A stretch of DNA of 64,000 nt from a virus, in IMG/VR virus record IMGVR_UViG_3300037499_000265, positions 1-64,000 of that record. One strand, given 5' to 3'. A program made the translations under genes and the position numbers. The notes beneath the pieces are model-generated. The model worked only from the letters and a program-made list of their open reading frames with translations, was not told where the DNA came from and ran no database searches. This document shows, piece after piece, positions 9,006 through 17,044 of this stretch. Position 1 is the first letter of the stretch. Every line of letters begins with the position of its first letter.

Positions 9006-9809
9006 ATGATAGGAGAACACGTTGTGGTTGATGACAAGGCCACCCACGCCGAGCTTGCCGACCGTGGCGAGATCCTGCGTACTCAGGTCGGCTCTGGCGT
9101 GCACGGCATCGCTGTCGCCGGCACCGACGACCGGGACGAGATGGGCGTCTTCATCGAGCCGCCCGAGCGGGTGATGGGCGTCAACTCGCCGATCGACACC
9201 GTCACCTGGCGCTCCAAGCCGGAGGGCGAGCGCTCCGAGCCCGGCGACCTGGACCTGGTACGTCACTCGCTGCGTAAGTACCTTCGCCTGGCGGTCAAGG
9301 GCAACCCGAACTTCCTGCTACCGCTGTTCGCACCGAAGGACCAGATAGTCATTCGCTCTCAGTTCGGCAACGAGCTTCGCGCGTTGCGCGGCGCCATCAT
9401 CAGCCGGAAGGCCGTTCACCAGACCCTTGGGTACCTGGCTGGGCAGCTCGAGCGACTGACGAAAGAGCGCAAGCTGCCGAACCGGCCGGAGTTGATCGAA
9501 AAGTACGGCTGGGACACCAAGTACGGCTCTCATGCCGTCCGGCTGGCCTACCAGGCATACGAGTTGGCCACTTCGGGCGGGATCAAGCTGCCGATGGATC
9601 CTGTGTATCGGCAGGTCGTGCTGGATGTCAAGACCGGCAAGCGAACCAAGGCCGAGACTCTGGAGCTGGTCAACGAGACCGCGCACATGGTCGAGAAGGT
9701 CATGGAGTCGGACCGCGGCTGCCCACTGCGGGCTGAGCCGGATTACGCCTCGATCAACATCTGGGCGGTCTCGGCCCATCAACGATTCTGGACAGGGGAG
9801 ACGAGTTGA
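9006..9809 (+). CDS. nucleotidyltransferase, DNA pol-beta superfamily (RlaP/Nuc-transf-like)
   Basis: VGSGVHG...TDDRDEMGV; SLRKYLRLAVKGNPN; KYGSHAVRL. Confidence 0.8.
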   Translation: MIGEHVVVDDKATHAELADRGEILRTQVGSGVHGIAVAGTDDRDEMGVFIEPPERVMGVNSPIDTVTWRSKPEGERSEPGDLDLVRHSLRKYLRLAVKGNPNFLLPLFAPKDQIVIRSQFGNELRALRGAIISRKAVHQTLGYLAGQLERLTKERKLPNRPELIEKYGWDTKYGSHAVRLAYQAYELATSGGIKLPMDPVYRQVVLDVKTGKRTKAETLELVNETAHMVEKVMESDRGCPLRAEPDYASINIWAVSAHQRFWTGETS

Positions 9810-10108
9810 ATAAGATCAGCGTCAGCGATTACGTCCGTCCACCTAGCTCTCACGAGCTGCCCAGTCCGATCGAGGTCGATCTGCTGGCCCAGAACGGGAT
9901 CAACGTCCAGCACGACAGGTACTTCCACGAGGACGTCGTCAAGGCCCTGCGCGTCGGGTTCGAGGCGGCGTCGCTGGCGACCAATGCCACCTATGACGAC
10001 GGGTACGACGACGGGTACGAAGTCGGCAGAGGTGACAGCGCTTCTTACGACGACGGGTATGACGTTGGCTACAAGGAAGGTCTCAAGAAGGCTCCACGGA
10101 CAGAGTAG
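9806..10108 (+). CDS. hypothetical protein with YDDGY repeats
   Basis: overlap chain; YDDGYDDGY. Confidence 0.6.
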   Translation: MNKISVSDYVRPPSSHELPSPIEVDLLAQNGINVQHDRYFHEDVVKALRVGFEAASLATNATYDDGYDDGYEVGRGDSASYDDGYDVGYKEGLKKAPRTE

Positions 10109-10117
10109 GGAAGGTCG

Positions 10118-10402
10118 ATGACTGACCGCTGCTCGCGCGAGCTACCGGAGTGGTGGCCAGACGATCATCACACTCATCGGCCGGCGGAGACGTGCTGTGT
10201 TGGTCGGCCGTGGAAAGTCGCCAACGTCAGGCTTTGGGGAGAACCACTTCCGCAGGCCGTCATCGACGTCGCCGCCGAACACGGCATTGATCCGCACATC
10301 CTTGACTGGCATGTGGAAGCAGAACACGGCTGGGAACCCCACGACAGTGGTTACGATAACGCTGTGAGAATGGCCGCCGACTGCCTAGGTGAGAGACGAT
10401 GA
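10118..10402 (+). CDS. hypothetical protein
   Basis: ORF chain. Confidence 0.55.
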   Translation: MTDRCSRELPEWWPDDHHTHRPAETCCVGRPWKVANVRLWGEPLPQAVIDVAAEHGIDPHILDWHVEAEHGWEPHDSGYDNAVRMAADCLGERR

Positions 10403-10869
10403 CTGAACACGCGGACCACGTGCTGGCCGCCATCGACGGGGCGATCGCGGACTGGGAGACGTCTGACGACGCGGTGCGTTGGGTGCCGGAGGACGATCGT
10501 ACCGACGAGCTGCGTCCTGACGAGCCTACGAGCTTGCGTCCTGGATCTGCTGGCACACTGGTGGCCTCCGCCGGTTGGTGTGCCCCCGTGAGCCACCGGT
10601 ACGAGCTCTTAGACGGCATATCTGAAGAGCGGCCGGAGCTGCTTCCCAGGATCCGAGCCAGTCGTGGCGACATCCGCTATCCAGAGATTGCTGTCGTGAG
10701 GGTGACTGAACTCGACGAGGCTGGCCAGCCTACCGGCGAGACTCGCATCGTCTATGGCATCGATCCAGCGGCGCCAGTTGACCGATGGAGAGGACCTACG
10801 TCTGACTTCGCGTGGGCAGATGAGATAGCTGCGTGGCAGTGCCCAAGTCCGCCTACCAAGATCATCTAA
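10399..10869 (+). CDS. hypothetical protein
   Basis: ATGA overlap. Confidence 0.55.
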   Translation: MTEHADHVLAAIDGAIADWETSDDAVRWVPEDDRTDELRPDEPTSLRPGSAGTLVASAGWCAPVSHRYELLDGISEERPELLPRIRASRGDIRYPEIAVVRVTELDEAGQPTGETRIVYGIDPAAPVDRWRGPTSDFAWADEIAAWQCPSPPTKII

Positions 10870-10892
10870 CACGCGCGAGGAACCCTGACCCC
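10860..10892 (+). repeat. 33-bp dispersed repeat, copy 3
   Basis: GATCATCTAACACGCGCGAGGAACCCTGACCCC. Confidence 0.9.
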
Positions 10893-10970
10893 CGGTTTCG
10901 ATTTTTGTGCTGAAATCGACCAGTTCTCTCTATCAGAAATTCATGATCCTGAGACCGGCTACTATTAGAG

Positions 10971-10999
10971 TTGACACGTCTACTCGAACCCGCTACAGT
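10971..10999 (+). promoter_or_regulatory. sigma70/HrdB-type promoter
   Basis: TTGACA-N17-TACAGT. Confidence 0.75.
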
Positions 11000-11038
11000 C
11001 GTATCGACATCAAGAACACCGACTCCTGGAGGTAGCCC

Positions 11039-11446
11039 ATGATCAGAGCAGTAAAGATCGCCGCGTTAGCTTCGGTGCTGTTCGTCGGCGCATGCGGATC
11101 TGACACCGGCGCCACCGAGGAGGCCGTGTACCCGGAGGGGGCCGTCATCATCGTCCCAGACGAGGGACCAGATCCAGCGGACCGCAAGCGCGGGGCTTTC
11201 GAGGAGTGGCTGGTTGGCACTCTCGGTCAGTTGCCGCCTACCGAGCAGGAAGAGATATGTGATTTGTTTGCCGACTGGAGAGGGTCTGACCGAGAAAAGG
11301 GGGCGGACCAGGCGTTGATGCTCACGGTGGAGTATTACTACCACACCGACGACCTGTTCTTCGGCGACGGCCCGATGAAGGGTGTGTCTTGGGATAACGC
11401 GATCGCCGGTCGCGTCGGCAGTGACTACATCGCAGAGAACTGCTGA
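11039..11446 (+). CDS. lipoprotein
   Basis: lipobox LFVGA-C; GGAGG RBS. Confidence 0.75.
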   Translation: MIRAVKIAALASVLFVGACGSDTGATEEAVYPEGAVIIVPDEGPDPADRKRGAFEEWLVGTLGQLPPTEQEEICDLFADWRGSDREKGADQALMLTVEYYYHTDDLFFGDGPMKGVSWDNAIAGRVGSDYIAENC

Positions 11447-11454
11447 CCGAATCG

Positions 11455-11937
11455 ATGAAAGAGCTGCGCAACGCACTCTACGTACTGGTCGGCCTGCTGT
11501 TCACCCTGTCCGGCTGCGCCGACGACGAGGCATCTAAGCCAGCCGAACTGGTTGAGCCGACTGAGGTCGTCGCTGACGCTGAGCCGACCGAGTCGATCGA
11601 ACTGGTCGGGCCGACTGCGAGTACAGCTGACATCGTCGACGGTGTTTTGACGCTCGGTCAATTCGAGCTGAGCGAGATCGAGATAGTGGAAAACCCCTTT
11701 CAAGGGGGACTCACCGTCACTTCGACCATCACCAACAATGGTGAGCGGGTCGAGTACGTCAAGTTCGTAGCCACGTTCATGCTCGACGGGATGTCGATCG
11801 GTCAGGTCGACACCTTCCCTTGGGACGGCATGGACCCCGGGTACTCGATCTGGGGGGTCGAGTGGTGGGGGCTCGACAAGGTCTATGAGTACGACGACGT
11901 GATCTTCAGCATCGAGGAGGATCTAGACGATCTCTAA
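11455..11937 (+). CDS. lipoprotein with beta-sandwich (FxLYD-like) domain
   Basis: lipobox LSG-C; VTSTITNNGERVEYVKFVATF. Confidence 0.7.
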   Translation: MKELRNALYVLVGLLFTLSGCADDEASKPAELVEPTEVVADAEPTESIELVGPTASTADIVDGVLTLGQFELSEIEIVENPFQGGLTVTSTITNNGERVEYVKFVATFMLDGMSIGQVDTFPWDGMDPGYSIWGVEWWGLDKVYEYDDVIFSIEEDLDDL

Positions 11938-11973
11938 GACAAGTCGAGACGGGCCGACTCGCCTCGACTTGTC
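11938..11973 (+). terminator. 11-bp perfect inverted repeat
   Basis: GACAAGTCGAG / CTCGACTTGTC directly after stop. Confidence 0.65.
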
Positions 11974-12043
11974 TATTCCCTTCGGTACCTCCGCAGCCCT
12001 ACGATTAGCTCGGCACTCCGCCATCGATCGAAGGGATCCCACC

Positions 12044-12205
12044 ATGAAGCGCGCCATCGTCACCGCTGTCCTCACCCTCGTCACCGTCGGCTTCGGAGTC
12101 AGCGTCGCTGACGCCAATCCAGGCCCGGGCGAGTCCAACCAGTGTGCGCCCGGCCAGCACGGCAATGACGAGCCGGGATTCAAGCCAGCAGCGTGTGGCA
12201 ACTGA
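12044..12205 (+). CDS. small secreted two-Cys peptide
   Basis: MKRAIV...VADA signal; mature NPGPGESNQCAPGQ...AACGN; AAGGGA RBS. Confidence 0.7.
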   Translation: MKRAIVTAVLTLVTVGFGVSVADANPGPGESNQCAPGQHGNDEPGFKPAACGN

Positions 12206-12220
12206 GTTAGGCTCTAGCTA

Positions 12221-12253
12221 CCTCGCCGACGCGCCCCACGCGTGTCGGCGAGG
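12221..12253. terminator. inverted repeat upstream of tRNA
   Basis: CCTCGCCGAC / GTCGGCGAGG. Confidence 0.55.
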
Positions 12254-12258
12254 CTCGA

Positions 12259-12332
12259 TGCGGAGTGGGGGAGTTCGGTACCCCGCTGGCCTCATAAGCC
12301 AGAGATCGCGGGTTCGAATCCCGCCTCCGCTA
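12259..12332 (+). tRNA. tRNA-Met(CAT), initiator-like; CCA not encoded
   Basis: full cloverleaf: GCGGAG/CTCCGC, GGGG/CCCC, CTGGC-CTCATAA-GCCAG, GCGGG-TTCGAAT-CCCGC; U1:U72 mismatch. Confidence 0.92.
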
Positions 12333-12391
12333 CTCACAGTTGTGCACAGTTGTGCCCGCGTCAGGTGTCTGACACGGGCACGCTGGTGTGA

Positions 12392-12583
12392 CTACTTGCA
12401 CTCGGGTCGTTCGTCGGTCTGGCCTGGTGGGTGACACTTCGCACCCTGGTCTTGTGGTTCGTTGTTCCCGTTGCCGCTGCCGGCGCCCGGGCCGAACGAC
12501 GGGTCGGCGAAGGCGGACGTCGCACCGAGGCCGGACAGGCCCACCACTGCGGTGAGCACCGTTACTGCGATTCGCTTGCGCAT
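12392..12583 (-). CDS. small secreted two-Cys peptide
   Basis: MRKRIAV...SAFA signal; mature DPSFGPG...KCHPPGQ...PECK. Confidence 0.75.
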   Translation of the reverse strand: MRKRIAVTVLTAVVGLSGLGATSAFADPSFGPGAGSGNGNNEPQDQGAKCHPPGQTDERPECK

Positions 12584-12720
12584 TTTCTCACCCCCTCCCC
12601 GTGTACCAGCAGTCTATCTCGGGGATGGCCTGTCGATGACCTCTGCTACTTGATCATCGCCATTCCTCGTCGAGATGGACTCTATGGCCGGTGCCCGCTC
12701 CATGCGCCGTGGCCCACACA

Positions 12721-13257
12721 TCACGCTCGGGCTCGTCGTAGAATGGCATCGGCAGCATCGGCTGACAGTCGAGGCAGAGGGCCAGACCAACACGTCCTAC
12801 CACCTAGTCGGTACTCGGCCTTCAGCTCGGAGATACGAAAGCGGATCCCCTCTACCAGATTCGGCCCGGTAGTGATCGCTCGCTGCGGCTCAGCGTGGAG
12901 GAACGAGTCGTACTCATAGCCGCCCCAGCAGTCCCAGCATCGGTATTCCTCGACCTCGACCCACGTCCGATAGATACCGGGCAGCAGGCGTTCGGGCTCA
13001 CTCACGATCGGTGAGGACCAGACCTCGTCGAAGGCGTGGATGTAGTCGTTGTCCAGGCCGACCGAGTCGATGTGCCAGGCGACGTCGCAGTCGTACGAGA
13101 CGGACTTGATGCCGTCACCCCAGTCGACGGTCTCGCTCTCGCATCCGGCCGGATGCAGGACGTCGTAACCTTCCTCCGGGTGCTCGTGCATGACGAGTCG
13201 GTGGATGCCCGGCGCGGGCTTCGGCGACTCGGGGGGTGGTCCGAAGATATCCGTCAC
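12721..13257 (-). CDS. hypothetical protein
   Basis: GTGA overlap, RBS GAGGTGAG. Confidence 0.6.
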   Translation of the reverse strand: MTDIFGPPPESPKPAPGIHRLVMHEHPEEGYDVLHPAGCESETVDWGDGIKSVSYDCDVAWHIDSVGLDNDYIHAFDEVWSSPIVSEPERLLPGIYRTWVEVEEYRCWDCWGGYEYDSFLHAEPQRAITTGPNLVEGIRFRISELKAEYRLGGRTCWSGPLPRLSADAADAILRRARA

Positions 13258-13448
13258 GAGCCTCTCACCTCACGGCGCCGACGGAGAACGCTGATCCGAC
13301 CGCCGAGGTAGTAGCGCCACTCGACGTAGCCGTAACGCTCAGAGAACAGTGGGTGACGATGGCGGCCGAACCGGATCGTCCAGTACGGAAAGACGACGTA
13401 GACGCATCGGTTCCGATGCCCGCCTCTATAGATGTGCTTCATCGTCAC
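13254..13448 (-). CDS. hypothetical protein
   Basis: ORF chain. Confidence 0.55.
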   Translation of the reverse strand: MTMKHIYRGGHRNRCVYVVFPYWTIRFGRHRHPLFSERYGYVEWRYYLGGRISVLRRRREVRGS

Positions 13449-13974
13449 TGCCTCGATCGCTGTCGAGCTGGTAGTGGTGCTCGATCAGCCAGGTGAGCTG
13501 GTCCCGCAGCTTGATGGCGTCGTTGATGTGAAGATGTGCCACCGCCTCTTTCGTCGGTCCGTCCAGTTCGTTCAGGTCCTCTGGGCAGGTGACGCTCACC
13601 CACACGTGCGGCGCCGTAGCGGCGCTCGACTCGTATGCCTTGACGTGTCCGCCGTAGGCGCTCGGGATCTTGTCGAAGTGGGCGAAGCCTCGCTGGCTGA
13701 TCGTCGGCTCGCTGTCGCTCGGTGCGGTCGGGGTCAATCCGACGATCTGTCGGACCAGGAGGTTCGGCGGACCCTCGATGACGGATCTGGGGCTGGAGAC
13801 GGTAAATCCTGAGATCACGTCGACGATCGCACCGAAGATCTCGATCTCCTCGTCCGCCTTTGTCCAGGCCTTGTCGGTGACCCGGAACCAATCCACCACA
13901 CCCTCGAAGGTGATGACGATCAGGTCACCCTTCTTCAGCCCGTCCAGGCTCTGCCATCGTTCGGTCGTCATCAC
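13426..13974 (-). CDS. hypothetical protein
   Basis: ORF chain; C-terminal GGHVKAYESSAA..PHVW region. Confidence 0.65.
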   Translation of the reverse strand: MMTTERWQSLDGLKKGDLIVITFEGVVDWFRVTDKAWTKADEEIEIFGAIVDVISGFTVSSPRSVIEGPPNLLVRQIVGLTPTAPSDSEPTISQRGFAHFDKIPSAYGGHVKAYESSAATAPHVWVSVTCPEDLNELDGPTKEAVAHLHINDAIKLRDQLTWLIEHHYQLDSDRGSDDEAHL

Positions 13975-14375
13975 ACACCCTCTCTACCTTCGGCCAGCTG
14001 TTTGCGGCCGGTGTCGGTTAGTGCCAATACCCCGCGGCGTGCCTGGTGAAGGTAGCCAATCGCGTAGTCCTTCTTAGCCAAATCCGCCTTGAGGACTGCC
14101 TGTATGAGCTTTCGCTCGCCAGCAGTCAGGAGTCGGTAGCTGAACAACGTGGTCCACCAGCGAAGCCGGAGTTGGCTGCCGTGCCACCTGAAGCTGACCT
14201 GCTCGTCGGCGATCGCTTGCAGGACCCTGAGCGTTGGGTGAGCTTCCTGGTACGAGTGGCACGGGCAGTCCGGGCAGCACAACGGTGGCCAGTGCCAGGC
14301 AGCCTCGCAACCACCGGCATGGCACTGGTCGCTGTGGTAGATCGATTCCGTGCCGCAGATGCAGACGTGTGTCAT
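13971..14375 (-). CDS. Cys-rich hypothetical protein
   Basis: ATG 14375 overlaps TGA of orphan helicase tail. Confidence 0.6.
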   Translation of the reverse strand: MTHVCICGTESIYHSDQCHAGGCEAAWHWPPLCCPDCPCHSYQEAHPTLRVLQAIADEQVSFRWHGSQLRLRWWTTLFSYRLLTAGERKLIQAVLKADLAKKDYAIGYLHQARRGVLALTDTGRKQLAEGREGV

Positions 14376-14425
14376 CGCACGATCCCCGGAGCGATGATTG
14401 TCTGCTTTGCGGCTCTCGTCACGGC
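14372..14425 (-). pseudogene. orphaned original 3' end of RecD-like helicase (AVTRAAKQTIIAPGIVR*)
   Basis: 16 consecutive identical aa with 15225..15278, 8 synonymous differences. Confidence 0.85.
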
Positions 14426-14566
14426 ACATGCCTCACATCGAATGCGTTTTGGTGCTGATAGTGCTTCATACACGGGGTCCTCCCAGTCAGCTCGGTTCTT
14501 GTTCATAGAGCCAAGACGCACCCGACGTTCTGTTTCGTGTCCGCAGGCAAGATGAAGACTCCACCA

Positions 14567-15238
14567 TCATTCATTGGGACTCAGTTCTGCGTATTCAACA
14601 GTGATGAAAGGCGGTGTCCCAACCCGAGCCTGTCGAACAGATCGATCAAGAACTGTATGACAAGGTCGACACATCGGTTCATAGTAGGAAAGATCCGAAC
14701 TATATACCAGTGAGAACTGACCAACGATTTCAACAGATTCGTTCGGGTCGTTGTACTGATATGCCCAATCTCGTGCACGTTTCCCACACTTAATGCATAC
14801 CTGATCGGACGCCTTTCCACGTTCCCGGCTTAAACGAAAGTGAACGGCGTTGTATGTGGCATCTGACCCGCCATATCGCGGTTCTGCTTCACCAGGATCG
14901 CCGTCACTCCTCCATCGTTGGTAGTGAAGACTGCACCAGCCTCGGGCTAGAACTTCTTCATCACAGCCCTCAACACTGCAGGCTTGACGTGGCTTGGGGT
15001 AGATCGTTTTCTCTGGATCGCCGTTGCGTAGCCAGCGACGATAGTGAAGATCACAGTAGCCTTTGCTCCGAGCCTTTTCGTCGCAGCCAGATGCCTCACA
15101 TGTTGATTGAGGTTGACGCTCTAGTTGCTCTGGGTCACCGTTACGTTGCCAACGGCGGTAGTGGAGGTCGCACCATCCGCGAGCTTTCAGCGGGCCTTTG
15201 CACCCGTCAATAGAGCATGTCTGTTCAGCCACGAACAA
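14567..15238 (-). CDS. HNH-type homing endonuclease with three N-terminal C-x4-C...WC.LHY zinc-finger repeats
   Basis: CSIDGC..ARGWCDLHYRRW x3; YNAVHFRL...CIKC...CRPCH; AT-richer than flanks. Confidence 0.75.
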   Translation of the reverse strand: MFVAEQTCSIDGCKGPLKARGWCDLHYRRWQRNGDPEQLERQPQSTCEASGCDEKARSKGYCDLHYRRWLRNGDPEKTIYPKPRQACSVEGCDEEVLARGWCSLHYQRWRSDGDPGEAEPRYGGSDATYNAVHFRLSRERGKASDQVCIKCGKRARDWAYQYNDPNESVEIVGQFSLVYSSDLSYYEPMCRPCHTVLDRSVRQARVGTPPFITVEYAELSPNE

Positions 15239-16511
15239 TCCCTGGTGCGATGATTGTCTGTTTTGCAGCTCTTGTCACAGAAGTATACAGCCAGGCCCGG
15301 GCTTGATCGTCGCCAGACATGTAGCGAACTCCGTGTGACTCGTCGATCACCAGGACCTTATCAGCGTCGCTGCCCTGAAACTTATGCGTCGTGATTGCGT
15401 AGGAGAACGTCGCCACGCCGGTGCCTCGTCCGACTCGCATCCCGCGGGCCTCACGCTCGGCCTGCTCCTGCTGCTTCTTGCCGAGGAACCCACCGAGCAG
15501 GACCGGGATCTCGTACGGCGCGTCCTCGCCGTCCATGTCGACACCGGTCAGGTCCATGATGCCGTCGCGAGTCCTGGCGCCGGTGACGCGGAGCTGCTGG
15601 CCGTTGTAGACACCCAGGTCGTAGTTGTTGGCCAGGATGATGACCTTCTCGCCCGGGTTGGGGATGTCGCCGTCGTATCCGTGTGCCGCACGCAACATCC
15701 GGTTGATCCGCCAGCGGGTGTCATTCTTCCAGCACACGATGGCGGAGAAGCGCATCGCCTGCTCTACGGTGATCGGCCGGTCCCAACGTCCGGACGGCGG
15801 GCCGTCGTCATCGCCGGCGATCATTCCGTCGACGCCGAAGTTCCGGCCGTCGCCGTGCCGGATCGCGGTGGCCACCTTGATGACGCTGGACAGCCCTCCG
15901 AAGCGCTGAGGCTCGGTGAGCAGCACGTCGGGCTCGTCGTTCATGAAGTAGCCGGTGCCGCGGACCGGGGGGAGCTGGGCCGGGTCACCGATCACCAGGA
16001 CCGGTACGCCGAAAGACAGCAGGTCTGCTGCCATCTTGTCGTTGACCATGGAGACCTCGTCGATCACGACCAGCTTGGCGTCGTTCAGCGGGGAGTCCGG
16101 GTTGAGCACGAAGCCGGGCTGGGACAGCGCCTTGCGCTCTTCCTCGATCAGCTTGGCCAGTTCGAGTCGGCGAGCCGTTCCGGCCTTCTCGTGCTCGCGC
16201 AGCAGTTCCTCGAGGCGCTGCTTCGCACGCATTACCGGGATGTAGATCAGTTTGTGGATGGTCATCGCGCCGAAGCAGCCCTTCTGGCGCAGCCGATACG
16301 CAGCCTTCCCGGTGAACGCGGCGTAGTAGACCTCGTTCGGGGCGATGCCGAGCTCGGCGACGATGTGCTTGGCCAGGAACGTCTTGCCGACGCCGGCGTG
16401 GCCGAACAGCCTGAACACCTGGCGATCCTGGTCCGTCCACCACTGTTTGACAGTTTCGACCGCGCGGAGCTGGTCGGGTGAGAGCGTGACGGTGTCGTTG
16501 ATCAGACTCAT
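15225..16511 (-). CDS. RecD/Dda-like SF1B helicase
   Basis: GHAGVGKT, VIDEVSMV, GDPAQLPPV, YAITTHKFQGS, LYTSVTRA. Confidence 0.9.
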   Translation of the reverse strand: MSLINDTVTLSPDQLRAVETVKQWWTDQDRQVFRLFGHAGVGKTFLAKHIVAELGIAPNEVYYAAFTGKAAYRLRQKGCFGAMTIHKLIYIPVMRAKQRLEELLREHEKAGTARRLELAKLIEEERKALSQPGFVLNPDSPLNDAKLVVIDEVSMVNDKMAADLLSFGVPVLVIGDPAQLPPVRGTGYFMNDEPDVLLTEPQRFGGLSSVIKVATAIRHGDGRNFGVDGMIAGDDDGPPSGRWDRPITVEQAMRFSAIVCWKNDTRWRINRMLRAAHGYDGDIPNPGEKVIILANNYDLGVYNGQQLRVTGARTRDGIMDLTGVDMDGEDAPYEIPVLLGGFLGKKQQEQAEREARGMRVGRGTGVATFSYAITTHKFQGSDADKVLVIDESHGVRYMSGDDQARAWLYTSVTRAAKQTIIAPGIVRG

Positions 16512-16738
16512 AGCTTGTCCTTCCAGGGAAACTGCTCGGGATTCAGCGGTCGGGCGTGCTCATCGGTCGCGATACGGCGAGCGTCCTCGAGATTGTCAGG
16601 GTAGAAGACCTCGTCGTGGTTGTTGACCATGGCGTAGGGCGTCTGCTTCGCCACCTCGATGCAGGTGATCGAGTGCAGGGTGTCGTAGCCACAGTGCTCG
16701 CAGATCACCACTTCGTGACCGTCGTTCTGGCTCATCAA
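16508..16738 (-). CDS. hypothetical protein
   Basis: ATGA overlap. Confidence 0.55.
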   Translation of the reverse strand: MMSQNDGHEVVICEHCGYDTLHSITCIEVAKQTPYAMVNNHDEVFYPDNLEDARRIATDEHARPLNPEQFPWKDKL

Positions 16739-16971
16739 TGGTTCTCCGCAGGCCGGTACAACAACAGGACGTTGTCACTGTCGGATATCGAGATGTCCAA
16801 GACAGATTCTTGATGGGTCTCGCTAGTCAAGTCGCCAGCGCCAAGAACAGTCTCGATGATCTGTCTGGTCGGCCAGGCACCGTTGATCGAGATGACCGTG
16901 CCGATGTGTCCAGACGGGCTGACGATGACGTCGCCGTTCCGGATCTGATCGAAGCGGATGAGTTGTGCCAT
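16735..16971 (-). CDS. hypothetical protein
   Basis: GGAGG RBS behind promoter at 17008-17036. Confidence 0.6.
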   Translation of the reverse strand: MAQLIRFDQIRNGDVIVSPSGHIGTVISINGAWPTRQIIETVLGAGDLTSETHQESVLDISISDSDNVLLLYRPAENH

Positions 16972-17007
16972 AGGACCTCCCTCGGTACGTCCGAACTCTA
17001 CCTTTTA

Positions 17008-17036
17008 ATTGTATCAGACCTCAACGGGAGTGTCAC
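17008..17036 (-). promoter_or_regulatory. sigma70/HrdB-type promoter
   Basis: GTGACA-N17-TACAAT. Confidence 0.65.
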
Positions 17037-17044
17037 TACTCAGC

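Noticed and set aside
9983-10075. Short tandem DNA repeats (TACGACGACGGG)
   Set aside because: Explained by the coding YDDGY repeat, common in small phage proteins.
12335-12354. CACAGTTGTG direct repeat after the tRNA
   Set aside because: Only two 10-bp copies, not seen elsewhere; too weak to call an operator or att site.
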